Origin: an uncultured Muribaculaceae bacterium
GTDB lineage: Bacteria > Bacteroidota > Bacteroidia > Bacteroidales > Muribaculaceae
Length of the DNA stretch: 64,000 bases
NCBI GenBank assembly: GCA_947178505.1
Contig: CAMWYR010000005.1
Coordinates: 10,507 to 74,506 of the forward strand
Reading direction: 5' to 3'
How positions within the stretch are numbered: the first letter of the stretch is position 1; each line of letters starts with the position of its first letter. The notes beneath the pieces are model-generated. The model had not been told where the DNA came from, ran no database searches, and saw nothing but the letters and a program-made list of their open reading frames with translations. Positions 17,227 through 26,710 of the stretch are shown here, piece by piece. The position numbers and the translations under genes were made by a program.

Positions 17227-18954
17227 TTATTTCTCCTCATTTATTTTCACTTTATTCTTCTTCACGGGCTTGAAGACCGGAAGCGGAAGGATCAGCGCGT
17301 CGTACGCACCTACCTCAAAGTGAGTTGCTTTGTCGCGCTGCAGATCGAACGTAAAGTCCTTATCCCAGAGCAGATCTCGGGAGTGATAAATGCCTTCGTT
17401 GATTTTTGCCATGTCATAAGCGAGATCCGGAATTATAAGACCTACTTTGACCGGCACTCCGGAGAAATTCAGCAGGAAGAGGAGGATGCTGTCATCGGTG
17501 TAGCGGAGGAATGCGAACTGACTATGGGGATCAAACTCCGGATTACGGAGATTGACATACATCAGATCGAAGAAACTGCCGTCGCAAATGGCCTTCTGCT
17601 CATTGCAGAGATTAAGAACTTTCGAATATAGAGCGCGGAGCCATTTCTCCTGCTGAGTGAGACGGCGGAGATTGCATTTGCCGTCGTTGTACCAGCGGCG
17701 CAGCGTATCGTAGCTCCAGTAGTCGAAAATTGTCGAACGATTGTTATCTCCTGCGAAACCCTCGTTATCGTGGGCCATCTCTCCCAATTCCTGACCATAG
17801 TAAATCATGAACGGGCCGCGTGAAATCATTGCGCTTGCCACCAGATAGGGGGTGACCTTCGCAGGATTATCCGCAAACTCGCGCGAAGCGAAACGCACTT
17901 CATCATGATTTTCCAGGAAGTTAAGCATCGAGTCGCCGATGCCGTCAACGGTCTGCCAGCAACCGGTGAGCTGTGCGGCCGACCAATTATGGCAGCATAT
18001 TCCCTTCAGAGTGTCGTAGAGGTTTACCTTGTCGTAAAGATAATCGAAATGACAATAGTCGAGGAAGGGACGGTAGGCCTCCACTTCATAGATCTCACCA
18101 ATGAAGATTACGCCCGGATAATCCTGCTTTACCTGAGGAATCGCCCAGTGCCAGAACTCGCGGGGCACCATAAACACCATGTCACAACGGAAACCGTCGA
18201 TTCCCTTTGAGGCCCAGAAGCGGAGTATGTGGAGCATCTTGAGCCACGTATCCGGCACCGGTTCGTAGTGCGTTGACCAGTCGCCCGGATCGAAGCCGTA
18301 ATTGAGTTTTACGGTCTCATACCAGTCGTTGACATCACAGAAGGCGCTGTAGCAGTCGTTGCCCGTTGCCTTTGCCGGAAATTCCACATAGGGCTCGGTG
18401 CCTTTCTGCGCAATGTCGAAGTTGGGAGCAAAACGCTGGTTGGTGATATAATAATAATTATTATCGCGAGAAAAGAACTTGGAAAAATCATCATTGCGAC
18501 CGAAGTCTTCAATTCCCACAGGTGCTGAATCCGAATGATAATGACGGGCCGTATGATTTGGCACGAAGTCGATGATGAGCTTTAAGCCGGCCTCGTGCGT
18601 ACGTTTCACTACGGCTTCAAACTCCTTCATACGATCGGCCACTTCAGTGGCGATAGCGGGAGCCACATCATAGTAATCCTTAATTGCATAGGGAGAACCG
18701 GCTTCACCCTTCACCACATTCGGGTTGTCGGCAGGAATCTTGCCGTCGTCAAACGCCGTCTTTGTGGCCATCTCTATAATGCCGGTGAGCCAGAGACAAT
18801 TGATACCCATTTTCTTGAGCTGCGCGAGCAGCGTCGGGGTAATGTCGTTGAGTTTTCCCGAGCCGTTACGTTCGTATGTGCCGTTGGGCACGGGATCAGA
18901 GACAGTATTGGTTAAGATACGTGGAAATGCCTGATAGATAATTAATTTTTCCAT
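17227..18954 (-). CDS. alpha-amylase family (GH13) glycoside hydrolase
   Basis: 575 aa. GH13 conserved regions DFVPNH, GFRCDM, GEIYE, FLENHDE. No signal peptide, so probably cytoplasmic. Confidence 0.88.
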   Translation of the reverse strand: MEKLIIYQAFPRILTNTVSDPVPNGTYERNGSGKLNDITPTLLAQLKKMGINCLWLTGIIEMATKTAFDDGKIPADNPNVVKGEAGSPYAIKDYYDVAPAIATEVADRMKEFEAVVKRTHEAGLKLIIDFVPNHTARHYHSDSAPVGIEDFGRNDDFSKFFSRDNNYYYITNQRFAPNFDIAQKGTEPYVEFPAKATGNDCYSAFCDVNDWYETVKLNYGFDPGDWSTHYEPVPDTWLKMLHILRFWASKGIDGFRCDMVFMVPREFWHWAIPQVKQDYPGVIFIGEIYEVEAYRPFLDYCHFDYLYDKVNLYDTLKGICCHNWSAAQLTGCWQTVDGIGDSMLNFLENHDEVRFASREFADNPAKVTPYLVASAMISRGPFMIYYGQELGEMAHDNEGFAGDNNRSTIFDYWSYDTLRRWYNDGKCNLRRLTQQEKWLRALYSKVLNLCNEQKAICDGSFFDLMYVNLRNPEFDPHSQFAFLRYTDDSILLFLLNFSGVPVKVGLIIPDLAYDMAKINEGIYHSRDLLWDKDFTFDLQRDKATHFEVGAYDALILPLPVFKPVKKNKVKINEEK

Positions 18955-18982
18955 TTTTCGGTCGGTATAGAATTTAATTTTT

Positions 18983-19786
18983 TTATTTCTTTAATATCTG
19001 CTCAAGTGAGCGGCATGTCACCTCGTAGCCGATCTTAACCGACTGATCGAGCGATGCGAGGTCAAACAACTTCTGCCCCTCGAGTTCGGGAGGCGTAATC
19101 ACATAGTCGCAGAGCTTGATATCCTGGGCAAGATTCGACTTAGTGGTGAGGTGGTATGAGCGGAGCGCGATGTCGAGAAGAGCCGCCTTATATTTATAGT
19201 TCTTGTTCATCGGAGAGCAGTTGAGCCCATAGAGCACGTCACAGTACTGCCGGATAGCCCAGGCCGGAAGATTATGCAGCACACCTCCGTCGACATAATG
19301 CTGCCCCTTTATCGTGATCGGAGAGAAGACAATCGGAATGCTGCAGGAGGCGATGACGCGAGGCACGATCTCCCCCTTGCACCAGGCTACCTGTGAACCG
19401 GTCTCGAGATTTGTCGCACACACCACCGTGGGAATGGTTAGTTCCTCAAGATTCTTTACCGGAAGCCAGGAGTCGAGCAGGCGCGCGAACTTAGTAAGTT
19501 TGAAAAGTCCGGTCTTCGGCACATTCCATTCCCTGAAATCACCGAATTTATTTGAGTCGGCGAAGCAATTCCTGATATCGAGGGGCGACAGTCCGGCCGC
19601 ATAGAGCACAGATGCTATCGATCCGGCCGACACACCGGCGATAATGTCGGGTGATACACCGAATTTCTCCATTGCCATCAAGGCTCCTATATGCGTAAAC
19701 CCCCTGGCTCCTCCCCCGCTGAATGCAATTCCGATCGAATTGCGGCGGCGGAGACCGATACGGTCCATTATTCCTTCTATATTCAT
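18983..19786 (-). CDS. patatin-like phospholipase
   Basis: 267 aa. Oxyanion GGGARG, nucleophile elbow GVSAGS, catalytic Asp in YVDGGV. Confidence 0.9.
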   Translation of the reverse strand: MNIEGIMDRIGLRRRNSIGIAFSGGGARGFTHIGALMAMEKFGVSPDIIAGVSAGSIASVLYAAGLSPLDIRNCFADSNKFGDFREWNVPKTGLFKLTKFARLLDSWLPVKNLEELTIPTVVCATNLETGSQVAWCKGEIVPRVIASCSIPIVFSPITIKGQHYVDGGVLHNLPAWAIRQYCDVLYGLNCSPMNKNYKYKAALLDIALRSYHLTTKSNLAQDIKLCDYVITPPELEGQKLFDLASLDQSVKIGYEVTCRSLEQILKK

Positions 19787-19803
19787 CTGTATGTATCTGA
19801 TAT

Positions 19804-22800
19804 TTATTCCTTTTTTACACTATCTGATTTTTCTTTCCTGCGAAACATTCTCTTAAGGAATGTGAAGGGATGTTCGAACTCCTTTCTGTAAACAATTCCG
19901 ATACCCTGAGTGGTGAGCGCAGAGTTGAGATAATATGAGGCGTCGTTGAAATGGTTATACGCCTTCAGCCGGAGGCGTCCGTCGCGCGAAAGGAGGTATT
20001 CGAGATCAAAATCACCCACGAACGTTGTCTGAGAAGATGATTTATCGCGATATCCGAGATTACCGTTGAGCAGAAGACGGTTGTCGAAGAATGAGGAAGA
20101 GAGGGCAAGGTCGACCTCCATATCCGACAGGTCGCTCTTCTCCGACTTAAAGGAGGGAGCCACCATCACCTTGTCGGTGAGTGAGCCAATGATATTCTGG
20201 ATCTGCGATGAAAGTGTAGATGAGGCCACCGAAGCGAGTTCGCCGCCCTGCTCCGCTCCCATATACTCGGGTGTATAGAAACGGTTGAGAGCAAGTAGAT
20301 AAATTACCTGCCGGTTAAGCATATCTTCTGTAGAGACAATACTCCTCACCTTCCGCTCCACATCGGAAGTAACCGTCGGAAGTTCCATATCAAACTTAAT
20401 TTCCGGCGCATGGATATCGCCTGTCACCTTGAGGAGAGCCTCTACCGGCACAACCGTGCGCTTCAGATCCGGATCATTGGCAAATCCGGCATCAAGATCC
20501 TTAAGATTTGAGTTAACACGATAGGCTGCCGTGATATCCAGCATACCTCTCAGCGGATCGCCGTTGAAGGTGATATTGCTTCCCTCCCTTATCCTGAAAT
20601 TCTTAAGGATAAGGTCCTGGAGACTGAAATTATACACGCCGCTCAGAAGCGAATATTTACCGTAGATGGAGAAATTATCGGAAGCGGTCTGATAGTGCAT
20701 CTGGAGCGCCCCGGCACCGTTTGCCGTAATCTTATCGCCGGCCTTGGGATCCATCACGATGACCATCTTCGCATCAGGCGTGACGTCGAGGGCAAGATCA
20801 AGAAGGAAATTATCATGAGTGGTTTCCTCGTTGTTCTGGCTGCTGCTATAGAACCGGTCTTCAAACGAGAGCGTCACTTCCTCCTTCTCCCTGGCCTCGC
20901 GTGCATGGTCGGAGAACGTGAGGAAAGTATATTCGATTGCTTCTTCCGTCTCATCGAGCACGAGATTAAACTCCGTATCGGGAGCCGTGGAGGCATTAGC
21001 CGAAAGATGTATCAGGCCTGGTACGCCCTTAAGCGTTACCATGCCGTTGGCGAATACGCGCCCGTACCACTGAGGATTGAGCCGGCAGTCGGTGTCGAAC
21101 ACGAGGAGCCGCTGCATATCCGTCACCCTGAAATTAAAGGAGGCATCCTTCAGGAAATTATGTGTCACGTTGCCCTCCAGATAGGCCGAATGGCCGAATC
21201 TGTCGTAGAGTCTTATACCCGGAATGCTGATTTTCCCGGGCCTGAAGGAAAGCGAATCGGAACCATGATAGATTACGTTCGACTGATCAACAAGAATGGC
21301 AATATCATCAGCAAAGACATCACCGAAAAGATCGAGGTCGGAGAACGTGCCGTAGAGTTTCACATGCCCTGAGGCATGGCCCGCCACCTTTGAAGTGAAG
21401 CCGCTCATGAACGGCTGCAGAAAACGAATGTCGAGGTGTCGCGCGCCGAAATCAAAAGATAGAGAATCACGGGTCACGTAGACGCCTCCTCTCACAGTGG
21501 CGCTTGCAGAGTCGCCGTCCTGCACATCAGCATTTATGGCCACCATTTTCTCACCATGATCCCAGTGGCTTTCAATGGCCGCATCTCCGAGCACAGAGTT
21601 ATTGTAGGCGAGTTGCTTAACGAATAGATTCTTTGTAAACGCACGAGGCGATTTTGTGAAAAGTGATGTGACGTGGGCGCTACCGGTGGCGATTCCTCCG
21701 AAATCAACGTTATCAATATTGAGGATATCAAAGATATATGAAAGATCGATATTCTGCAACCGGACATTCAATGTGTCGCCGGGGAGTGCTGACGCATTGC
21801 CGGCAATAGCGATGAGCTGTTCGGGATTGCTGATACGCAAATGATCGACACTGATTGTGTTGTTGTCGTAGATCACGCTTGCGGGCTCAATTTTCCAGCC
21901 GATACTATTGAGCGAGAAGGATCCGGGCAGAAAGTTGACGATGGTACTTATCGCGTTGCCGGGGGTTTTCTTGTGAAGGCCTCCTAACAGCGACACGGAA
22001 CCTTTACTGTCGGGATTCGAAAGGGCGCTCCATCCGGCATCTATTCCTATTGAATCGTTGAGCGCCCTGACATTGAGATTAAGAAGCGCGCGATCATTCT
22101 TGACCGGGAAATCCGTGGTAAGCGAGACGAGAGCGGGATTGCCGCCGCTTTTGGAAAGAGAGAGGGCGCTATTGCGCAATAATTTATTCTTACCCTGAAT
22201 CAGGTAAGGAGCGTCGAGCCTGAAACTGAGACTATCTGCGCTACCGCCAATGTTTCCTGAAACCACCACCGGGACACCGGGACGGACTGGAGCATTCAAT
22301 GATGAGAAGAATTCATCGGCGGGTTCCACCACCAATTGGAAACGTACATCGCCGGATATATTGCGGCTCGCTGCGTTGACCTGCGGAAAAAATTCGGGCA
22401 AAACGTCGTGAAGTGCCTCCTTGACAATGCGAACCGCCGCTGAGGGTAATAGGGTAGCATATATGTCGCCATGGATGATATCGGAAGTAATATTATACTT
22501 ACGCTCTCCCTCTGCTTCAATCGCGGAAAGAGCCAACTTATTCAGGTTCAGGTTGATTTTCTTATTACTGACATTGATATGGGAGAGATCAAGCGTCCCG
22601 AGGAGATTGTCGGGATTATTGCCTCTGATTTCGGCATTAACAATTCCTGAAATCAGCGCATCGGGAGCGAAGCCTTTCAGACCAAGTTGGCCCGGGAGGA
22701 TATGTCGGAGATCCGCTGCGAGCAACCATTGTGAGGCTGATCCGTCAAGGCGTCCTTCGAACTCAGCGTTGACATCAAGCACATCAGCGGGAGACACTAT

Positions 22801-24309
22801 ATTTCCTCTGAAGTTCTTGCCTGTCTTAGTTAAGGAGGCTGTAATGTTTTGGAATTCCCGACCGTTCCAGACTATGTCGGGAATGCTCATATCAATTAGA
22901 CCTTCCGAATTCATTCCGGCCAAGGTCACTTTGGCCGTGGCCTCTATAGCGAACGCACCCAGCTGTGCGACGCCGAGAATCTCCCCTATAGCGAGTTGTT
23001 CGCCCAGGATTTTTGCCTCAATATGAGGAGTTTTTGAAAGGAGTCCGGTGGCGGATGCCTCTCCGTCGATCATACCTACTGATGTGGCCAGCGTCAACTT
23101 GCCTTCGGCTTCCCCGCGCGCGATATCGGCATTTCCGGCAACTTCAATCGCGACGTCGCCGGCCATTCCAATCTTAGTCTTGATATCCTGATTAAGATCA
23201 GGAATCACATCCGTGATTTTAGATATGAAATCACGGCTACCCTCAAAGGATAGCCACACATCATCGGCTGAGAGCCGGGTGAGGTTACGGAAATCCGAAA
23301 CCCTTCCTTTCAGAGACAGCGAGGAGGCTGTGCGGTAGTCTTCAAATTCAAGATTGCGGAGCGAAATACTGTTGAGATCGCCTGATGCTTCTACGGTGAG
23401 AGAGGCTGGATTAGAAAAAGCCTCAAGCGGTGGGAATAGGAAAGAGAATTCTGAGATGTTAAGGGGATTCGCCCGAAGCGTGACGTTGAAGTTGGACGTC
23501 TGGAGTGCGTCGGGAATATGGTCGTAACCGTTAAAGGCAAGATGCTGGTCGGAGAGTGAGATGTCGGTATCTTCGAGACGCAACCTGATATCCTTAAGCG
23601 TTATTTCGGAGGGAGAGATGTTGGCCTGCAGAGCAATTGAACTGACGGAGAGGCCCGATTGCTCACTGAATGCGAGGCGACGCAGATCGACATCGATCCC
23701 GTGGTCGGTGAGTCGGGGCAGTGCTATGTCGGCGCGTATATTTGTGAAGAGCAGATGATTAATGTCGAAACGGGGCCGATCCTTGCTTATAGGGAGATAG
23801 GTCTTATCGAAACTCAGGCGTGATTTGCGGATAACCACGTTACGCAGAATGACATCAAACTTTGAAGGGGGTTTATTCTTATCTTTGGGTTGAAAAGCGC
23901 GGATGATAAAGTCGATATTGAGTGGCGCGTCAGCCGCGGGCTTGACTATCCGAGCATCAAGAGATATTATTTCTGCATAAGTCACTTCAACGCGGCCGGA
24001 GGTAATGAGTTGCCAAAGCGATATGCCCGCTCCCAGTTTGGCTACTGACAGACAGCGGCTTCCTTCGGGAGTGTAGATGCCGACTTCATTCAGCCTAAGT
24101 TCGTTGAAGGGAAGAATTTCAACGACTCCGATCTCCACTTTTCCACCCAGGAATTCGGTGAGTTGTTTCTCGGCCTCGAGTCTGATTCGGTTCTGCACCC
24201 AGGGAATTGACACGGCGACGTACAGGCACACAAAAAGGCCTATCACAGTCAGGACGGCTGTGAAAAGTACACTTCTGAAGACTCTATAGACGGATTTTGA
24301 GGCCGACAT
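19804..24309 (-). CDS. tamB: TamB / AsmA-like translocation and assembly module protein
   Basis: 1501 aa. N-terminal membrane anchor (VLFTAVLTVIGLFVCLYVAVSI), very long beta-rich repetitive body, DUF490-like C-terminus (LLNGNLGYRDK...FDLEYLLSRDGRLRLKAYNHFND). Confidence 0.82.
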   Translation of the reverse strand: MSASKSVYRVFRSVLFTAVLTVIGLFVCLYVAVSIPWVQNRIRLEAEKQLTEFLGGKVEIGVVEILPFNELRLNEVGIYTPEGSRCLSVAKLGAGISLWQLITSGRVEVTYAEIISLDARIVKPAADAPLNIDFIIRAFQPKDKNKPPSKFDVILRNVVIRKSRLSFDKTYLPISKDRPRFDINHLLFTNIRADIALPRLTDHGIDVDLRRLAFSEQSGLSVSSIALQANISPSEITLKDIRLRLEDTDISLSDQHLAFNGYDHIPDALQTSNFNVTLRANPLNISEFSFLFPPLEAFSNPASLTVEASGDLNSISLRNLEFEDYRTASSLSLKGRVSDFRNLTRLSADDVWLSFEGSRDFISKITDVIPDLNQDIKTKIGMAGDVAIEVAGNADIARGEAEGKLTLATSVGMIDGEASATGLLSKTPHIEAKILGEQLAIGEILGVAQLGAFAIEATAKVTLAGMNSEGLIDMSIPDIVWNGREFQNITASLTKTGKNFRGNIVSPADVLDVNAEFEGRLDGSASQWLLAADLRHILPGQLGLKGFAPDALISGIVNAEIRGNNPDNLLGTLDLSHINVSNKKINLNLNKLALSAIEAEGERKYNITSDIIHGDIYATLLPSAAVRIVKEALHDVLPEFFPQVNAASRNISGDVRFQLVVEPADEFFSSLNAPVRPGVPVVVSGNIGGSADSLSFRLDAPYLIQGKNKLLRNSALSLSKSGGNPALVSLTTDFPVKNDRALLNLNVRALNDSIGIDAGWSALSNPDSKGSVSLLGGLHKKTPGNAISTIVNFLPGSFSLNSIGWKIEPASVIYDNNTISVDHLRISNPEQLIAIAGNASALPGDTLNVRLQNIDLSYIFDILNIDNVDFGGIATGSAHVTSLFTKSPRAFTKNLFVKQLAYNNSVLGDAAIESHWDHGEKMVAINADVQDGDSASATVRGGVYVTRDSLSFDFGARHLDIRFLQPFMSGFTSKVAGHASGHVKLYGTFSDLDLFGDVFADDIAILVDQSNVIYHGSDSLSFRPGKISIPGIRLYDRFGHSAYLEGNVTHNFLKDASFNFRVTDMQRLLVFDTDCRLNPQWYGRVFANGMVTLKGVPGLIHLSANASTAPDTEFNLVLDETEEAIEYTFLTFSDHAREAREKEEVTLSFEDRFYSSSQNNEETTHDNFLLDLALDVTPDAKMVIVMDPKAGDKITANGAGALQMHYQTASDNFSIYGKYSLLSGVYNFSLQDLILKNFRIREGSNITFNGDPLRGMLDITAAYRVNSNLKDLDAGFANDPDLKRTVVPVEALLKVTGDIHAPEIKFDMELPTVTSDVERKVRSIVSTEDMLNRQVIYLLALNRFYTPEYMGAEQGGELASVASSTLSSQIQNIIGSLTDKVMVAPSFKSEKSDLSDMEVDLALSSSFFDNRLLLNGNLGYRDKSSSQTTFVGDFDLEYLLSRDGRLRLKAYNHFNDASYYLNSALTTQGIGIVYRKEFEHPFTFLKRMFRRKEKSDSVKKE

Positions 24310-24388
24310 GATTCAAGAGAAAGAGTCTGCGGGGATCAGGAGCAACAGAATCAGCACTCATCTCCCACTACCCGGCAGTCTTTAAGTG

Positions 24389-24396
24389 CAAAATTA
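24389..24396 (-). promoter_or_regulatory. -7 box TAATTTTG (minus strand) upstream of tamB
   Basis: Plus strand reads CAAAATTA, about 80 nt upstream of the tamB start at 24309. Confidence 0.45.
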
Positions 24397-24561
24397 AGCA
24401 ATTTCCCTGAAAATTCACGCCCCTTTACCGCAAAAATTTAGATAATATGCGCCTACAACTTTATCTGAGATGTGATCCAGCCCACGGGTCTTCCCCCGGA
24501 GTTTTAAGAAATCTTATTCAGTGTTCTAAAGATTGGAGTGCCGGCAAAAAGCATCGCCGGG

Positions 24562-24591
24562 GAAGATGCCGAAATAACTTCGAGCATCTTC
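24562..24591 (-). terminator. hairpin terminator after the LytTR regulator gene
   Basis: GAAGATGCCGAA-ataac-TTCGaGCATCTTC, 12 bp with one bulge, 14 nt downstream of the stop at 24605. Confidence 0.6.
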
Positions 24592-24604
24592 GTAATAATA
24601 CTTT

Positions 24605-25321
24605 TCATTTTCTTGAGTTATTTTGTTGATACGAATTATAAAGATTACTGAACGCCTCTGTAAAGGTGCGCCCCACCGGGATCGGCCGGACATAATTTCT
24701 GAGGAAAATCTGACGCTTCGAGAATTTTTCGATTGCACCCAGAGCCACAATAAAAGAGCGATGCACTCTGACGAACCGATCGCCGGGAAGCAGACCCTCC
24801 ATCTCCTTCATCGTGATCTGCGAAATGACGGTTGGCTGGTCTCGACGGAACACCTTTACGTAATTATCCATCGCCTCGACATAAGCTATGTCGTTCACGC
24901 CGACCACTACTGTCTTGTATTCTACCTTTAGCGTTATCGTGTCATGCCTAGCAGCCATTAGACTCCGCGCCTTGGAAAGCATCAACGCCTTCCCCATCGC
25001 TCGCTCGAAGCGCGGATAGAACACCGGCTTATGAAGGAAATCGACCGCATCGACATCGAACCCGTCAAGGGCATATTGAGAATATGCTGTTGTAAAGATG
25101 ATGCACGTATCGGCAGGAATCTCCCTTGCAAGTTCCACGCCGTTATGCGAGTTCATCTCAATATCGAGGAAAACTATGTCGGGATGCTCCTCCCGCACGC
25201 AGGCCATTCCTTCAATCGGCGACGTGAAACACCGGAGCTCAATATCGCCAAACCGACTGCAATATTCCTCAATAATGCTCAAGGCGATTGGCTCATCATC
25301 TATTGCGACACATTTAATCAT
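24605..25321 (-). CDS. LytR/AlgR-family response regulator (REC + LytTR DNA-binding domain)
   Basis: 238 aa. REC (CVAIDDEP...FLDIEM) and a C-terminal LytTR-like region (VRVHRSFIV). 4-nt overlap with the upstream kinase gene. Confidence 0.9.
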   Translation of the reverse strand: MIKCVAIDDEPIALSIIEEYCSRFGDIELRCFTSPIEGMACVREEHPDIVFLDIEMNSHNGVELAREIPADTCIIFTTAYSQYALDGFDVDAVDFLHKPVFYPRFERAMGKALMLSKARSLMAARHDTITLKVEYKTVVVGVNDIAYVEAMDNYVKVFRRDQPTVISQITMKEMEGLLPGDRFVRVHRSFIVALGAIEKFSKRQIFLRNYVRPIPVGRTFTEAFSNLYNSYQQNNSRK

Positions 25322-26331
25322 GATTTAAGACAAATTTTAAGCGACACATCATAAATGCCGCTGTTACCGTTGGTGATCAGATGATATTTTCCCGGGAAGA
25401 GCAATTCCAGACGTTTGCGACAGTTGTCGATGCCCATGTGCTCACCAATCCGCCTGACGGGAAATATCCTGTTGGAAGTAGTAAAACTAAGATTGCCTCC
25501 GCGCTCAGACAGATGAATGCGGATCTCGCTATTCTCCACCGGAGAGACTCCGTGCTTGAAACAATTCTCCACAAACGTGACAAGAAGCATCGGAGGAATC
25601 ATCAGAGAGACGTCTTCAACGTCGATATCCAGCCTCACTGACGTCATTTCATTCAAGCGCAGCGACTGCACCTCCACATACTCCCTTATATATTCCGCCT
25701 CTTCATCAAGAGCCACAAGCTCACGATATGAAGATGTATGGATATATCGCATCATAGAGATGAATTTCTCAAGCGAGGGAAGAGCGTTCTTATTTCCGGT
25801 CAGGAAAAGGCCATAGAGAGAATTTAGGGTATTAAACATAAAATGAGGCTTTATCTGAGCCTTGTAAAGTTCAATCTCCGCTCTATCCCTCTCAGCTTCG
25901 GCCTCCCTGATCCGGGCTTTCTGGACATTGGTATAGACCAATAGCCCCACCGCGAAACTAAATGCCTCCACAATCATGAAGAGAGTCCAGAGTGCCTGCT
26001 GATATTGCTGAAACTGAGGCAGGTGTCTGACTATGTCGCTATCATGGATATTGGGTTTCGGATTGTATAGTTCAACACTTGAGAGAATGAATGTCACAAC
26101 CACGGAAGAAATGACAATCAGCACCCCTACGACCTTCTTACCTCGCGTGCCAAACAGAAAAGGAACAGTGAACAGTCGGTTGAGTATATAAACTGCATAC
26201 AGCCAAAGACCGGCCACTATCATATAGGCTGTAAAATGATGCACCCATCGCTCTACGGGCGAAAGAATCACCATTATCGGGAGGACGATAAAGCAGAATG
26301 CGAGATCTATGTAAAGTGCAAGATGTTTCAT
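25318..26331 (-). CDS. LytS/YehU-type sensor histidine kinase
   Basis: His_kinase motif KAQIKPHFMFNTLNSL plus an HATPase region, with multiple N-terminal TM helices. I prefer the start at MKHLALYIDL (26331). The ORF is open up to 26472. Confidence 0.85.
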   Translation of the reverse strand: MKHLALYIDLAFCFIVLPIMVILSPVERWVHHFTAYMIVAGLWLYAVYILNRLFTVPFLFGTRGKKVVGVLIVISSVVVTFILSSVELYNPKPNIHDSDIVRHLPQFQQYQQALWTLFMIVEAFSFAVGLLVYTNVQKARIREAEAERDRAEIELYKAQIKPHFMFNTLNSLYGLFLTGNKNALPSLEKFISMMRYIHTSSYRELVALDEEAEYIREYVEVQSLRLNEMTSVRLDIDVEDVSLMIPPMLLVTFVENCFKHGVSPVENSEIRIHLSERGGNLSFTTSNRIFPVRRIGEHMGIDNCRKRLELLFPGKYHLITNGNSGIYDVSLKICLKS

Positions 26332-26710
26332 TCTTTCCGAATTTAAGAAAAGAAGACGCTCCTGACGAGTGAACTTACAATCAGCAAACCTTAAGCAGCC
26401 AGGGGCACGACAGGTCACCATTTTGTAGAATGACTGAAATATGCATTGAAGGTTTAAGCGTAGGTTGTACATCAGCAGGCGGGGAGCCGGCCATAATATA
26501 GCATATATAAGGTATTGGCTTGTCTAAGGGTGCGATGAAGCACGACATTTACCCATCCATTTAAGCAGTTAGCCAATTTGTACCAAAACTTCAATTTTAC
26601 ATCTATTTAGATTTCAACTGCTTACAAGATCAATACTTACATTTAGGTATTTCACGGGTATGTTAAAGTTGCGAACTTTGCATAGAGAAAAATGTAAAAA
26701 CCCTAAAGAA

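Noticed and set aside
24447-24750. Small ORFs (60-74 aa) in and around the tamB/LytTR intergenic region
   Set aside because: They run across the terminator hairpin (24562-24591) or overlap the LytTR gene end. They show no protein-like features.
26332-26472. A 47-codon N-terminal extension of the LytS-type kinase ORF
   Set aside because: The extension is Cys/Arg-rich and not membrane-like. MKHLALYIDL at 26331 begins the first TM helix, as expected for this family.
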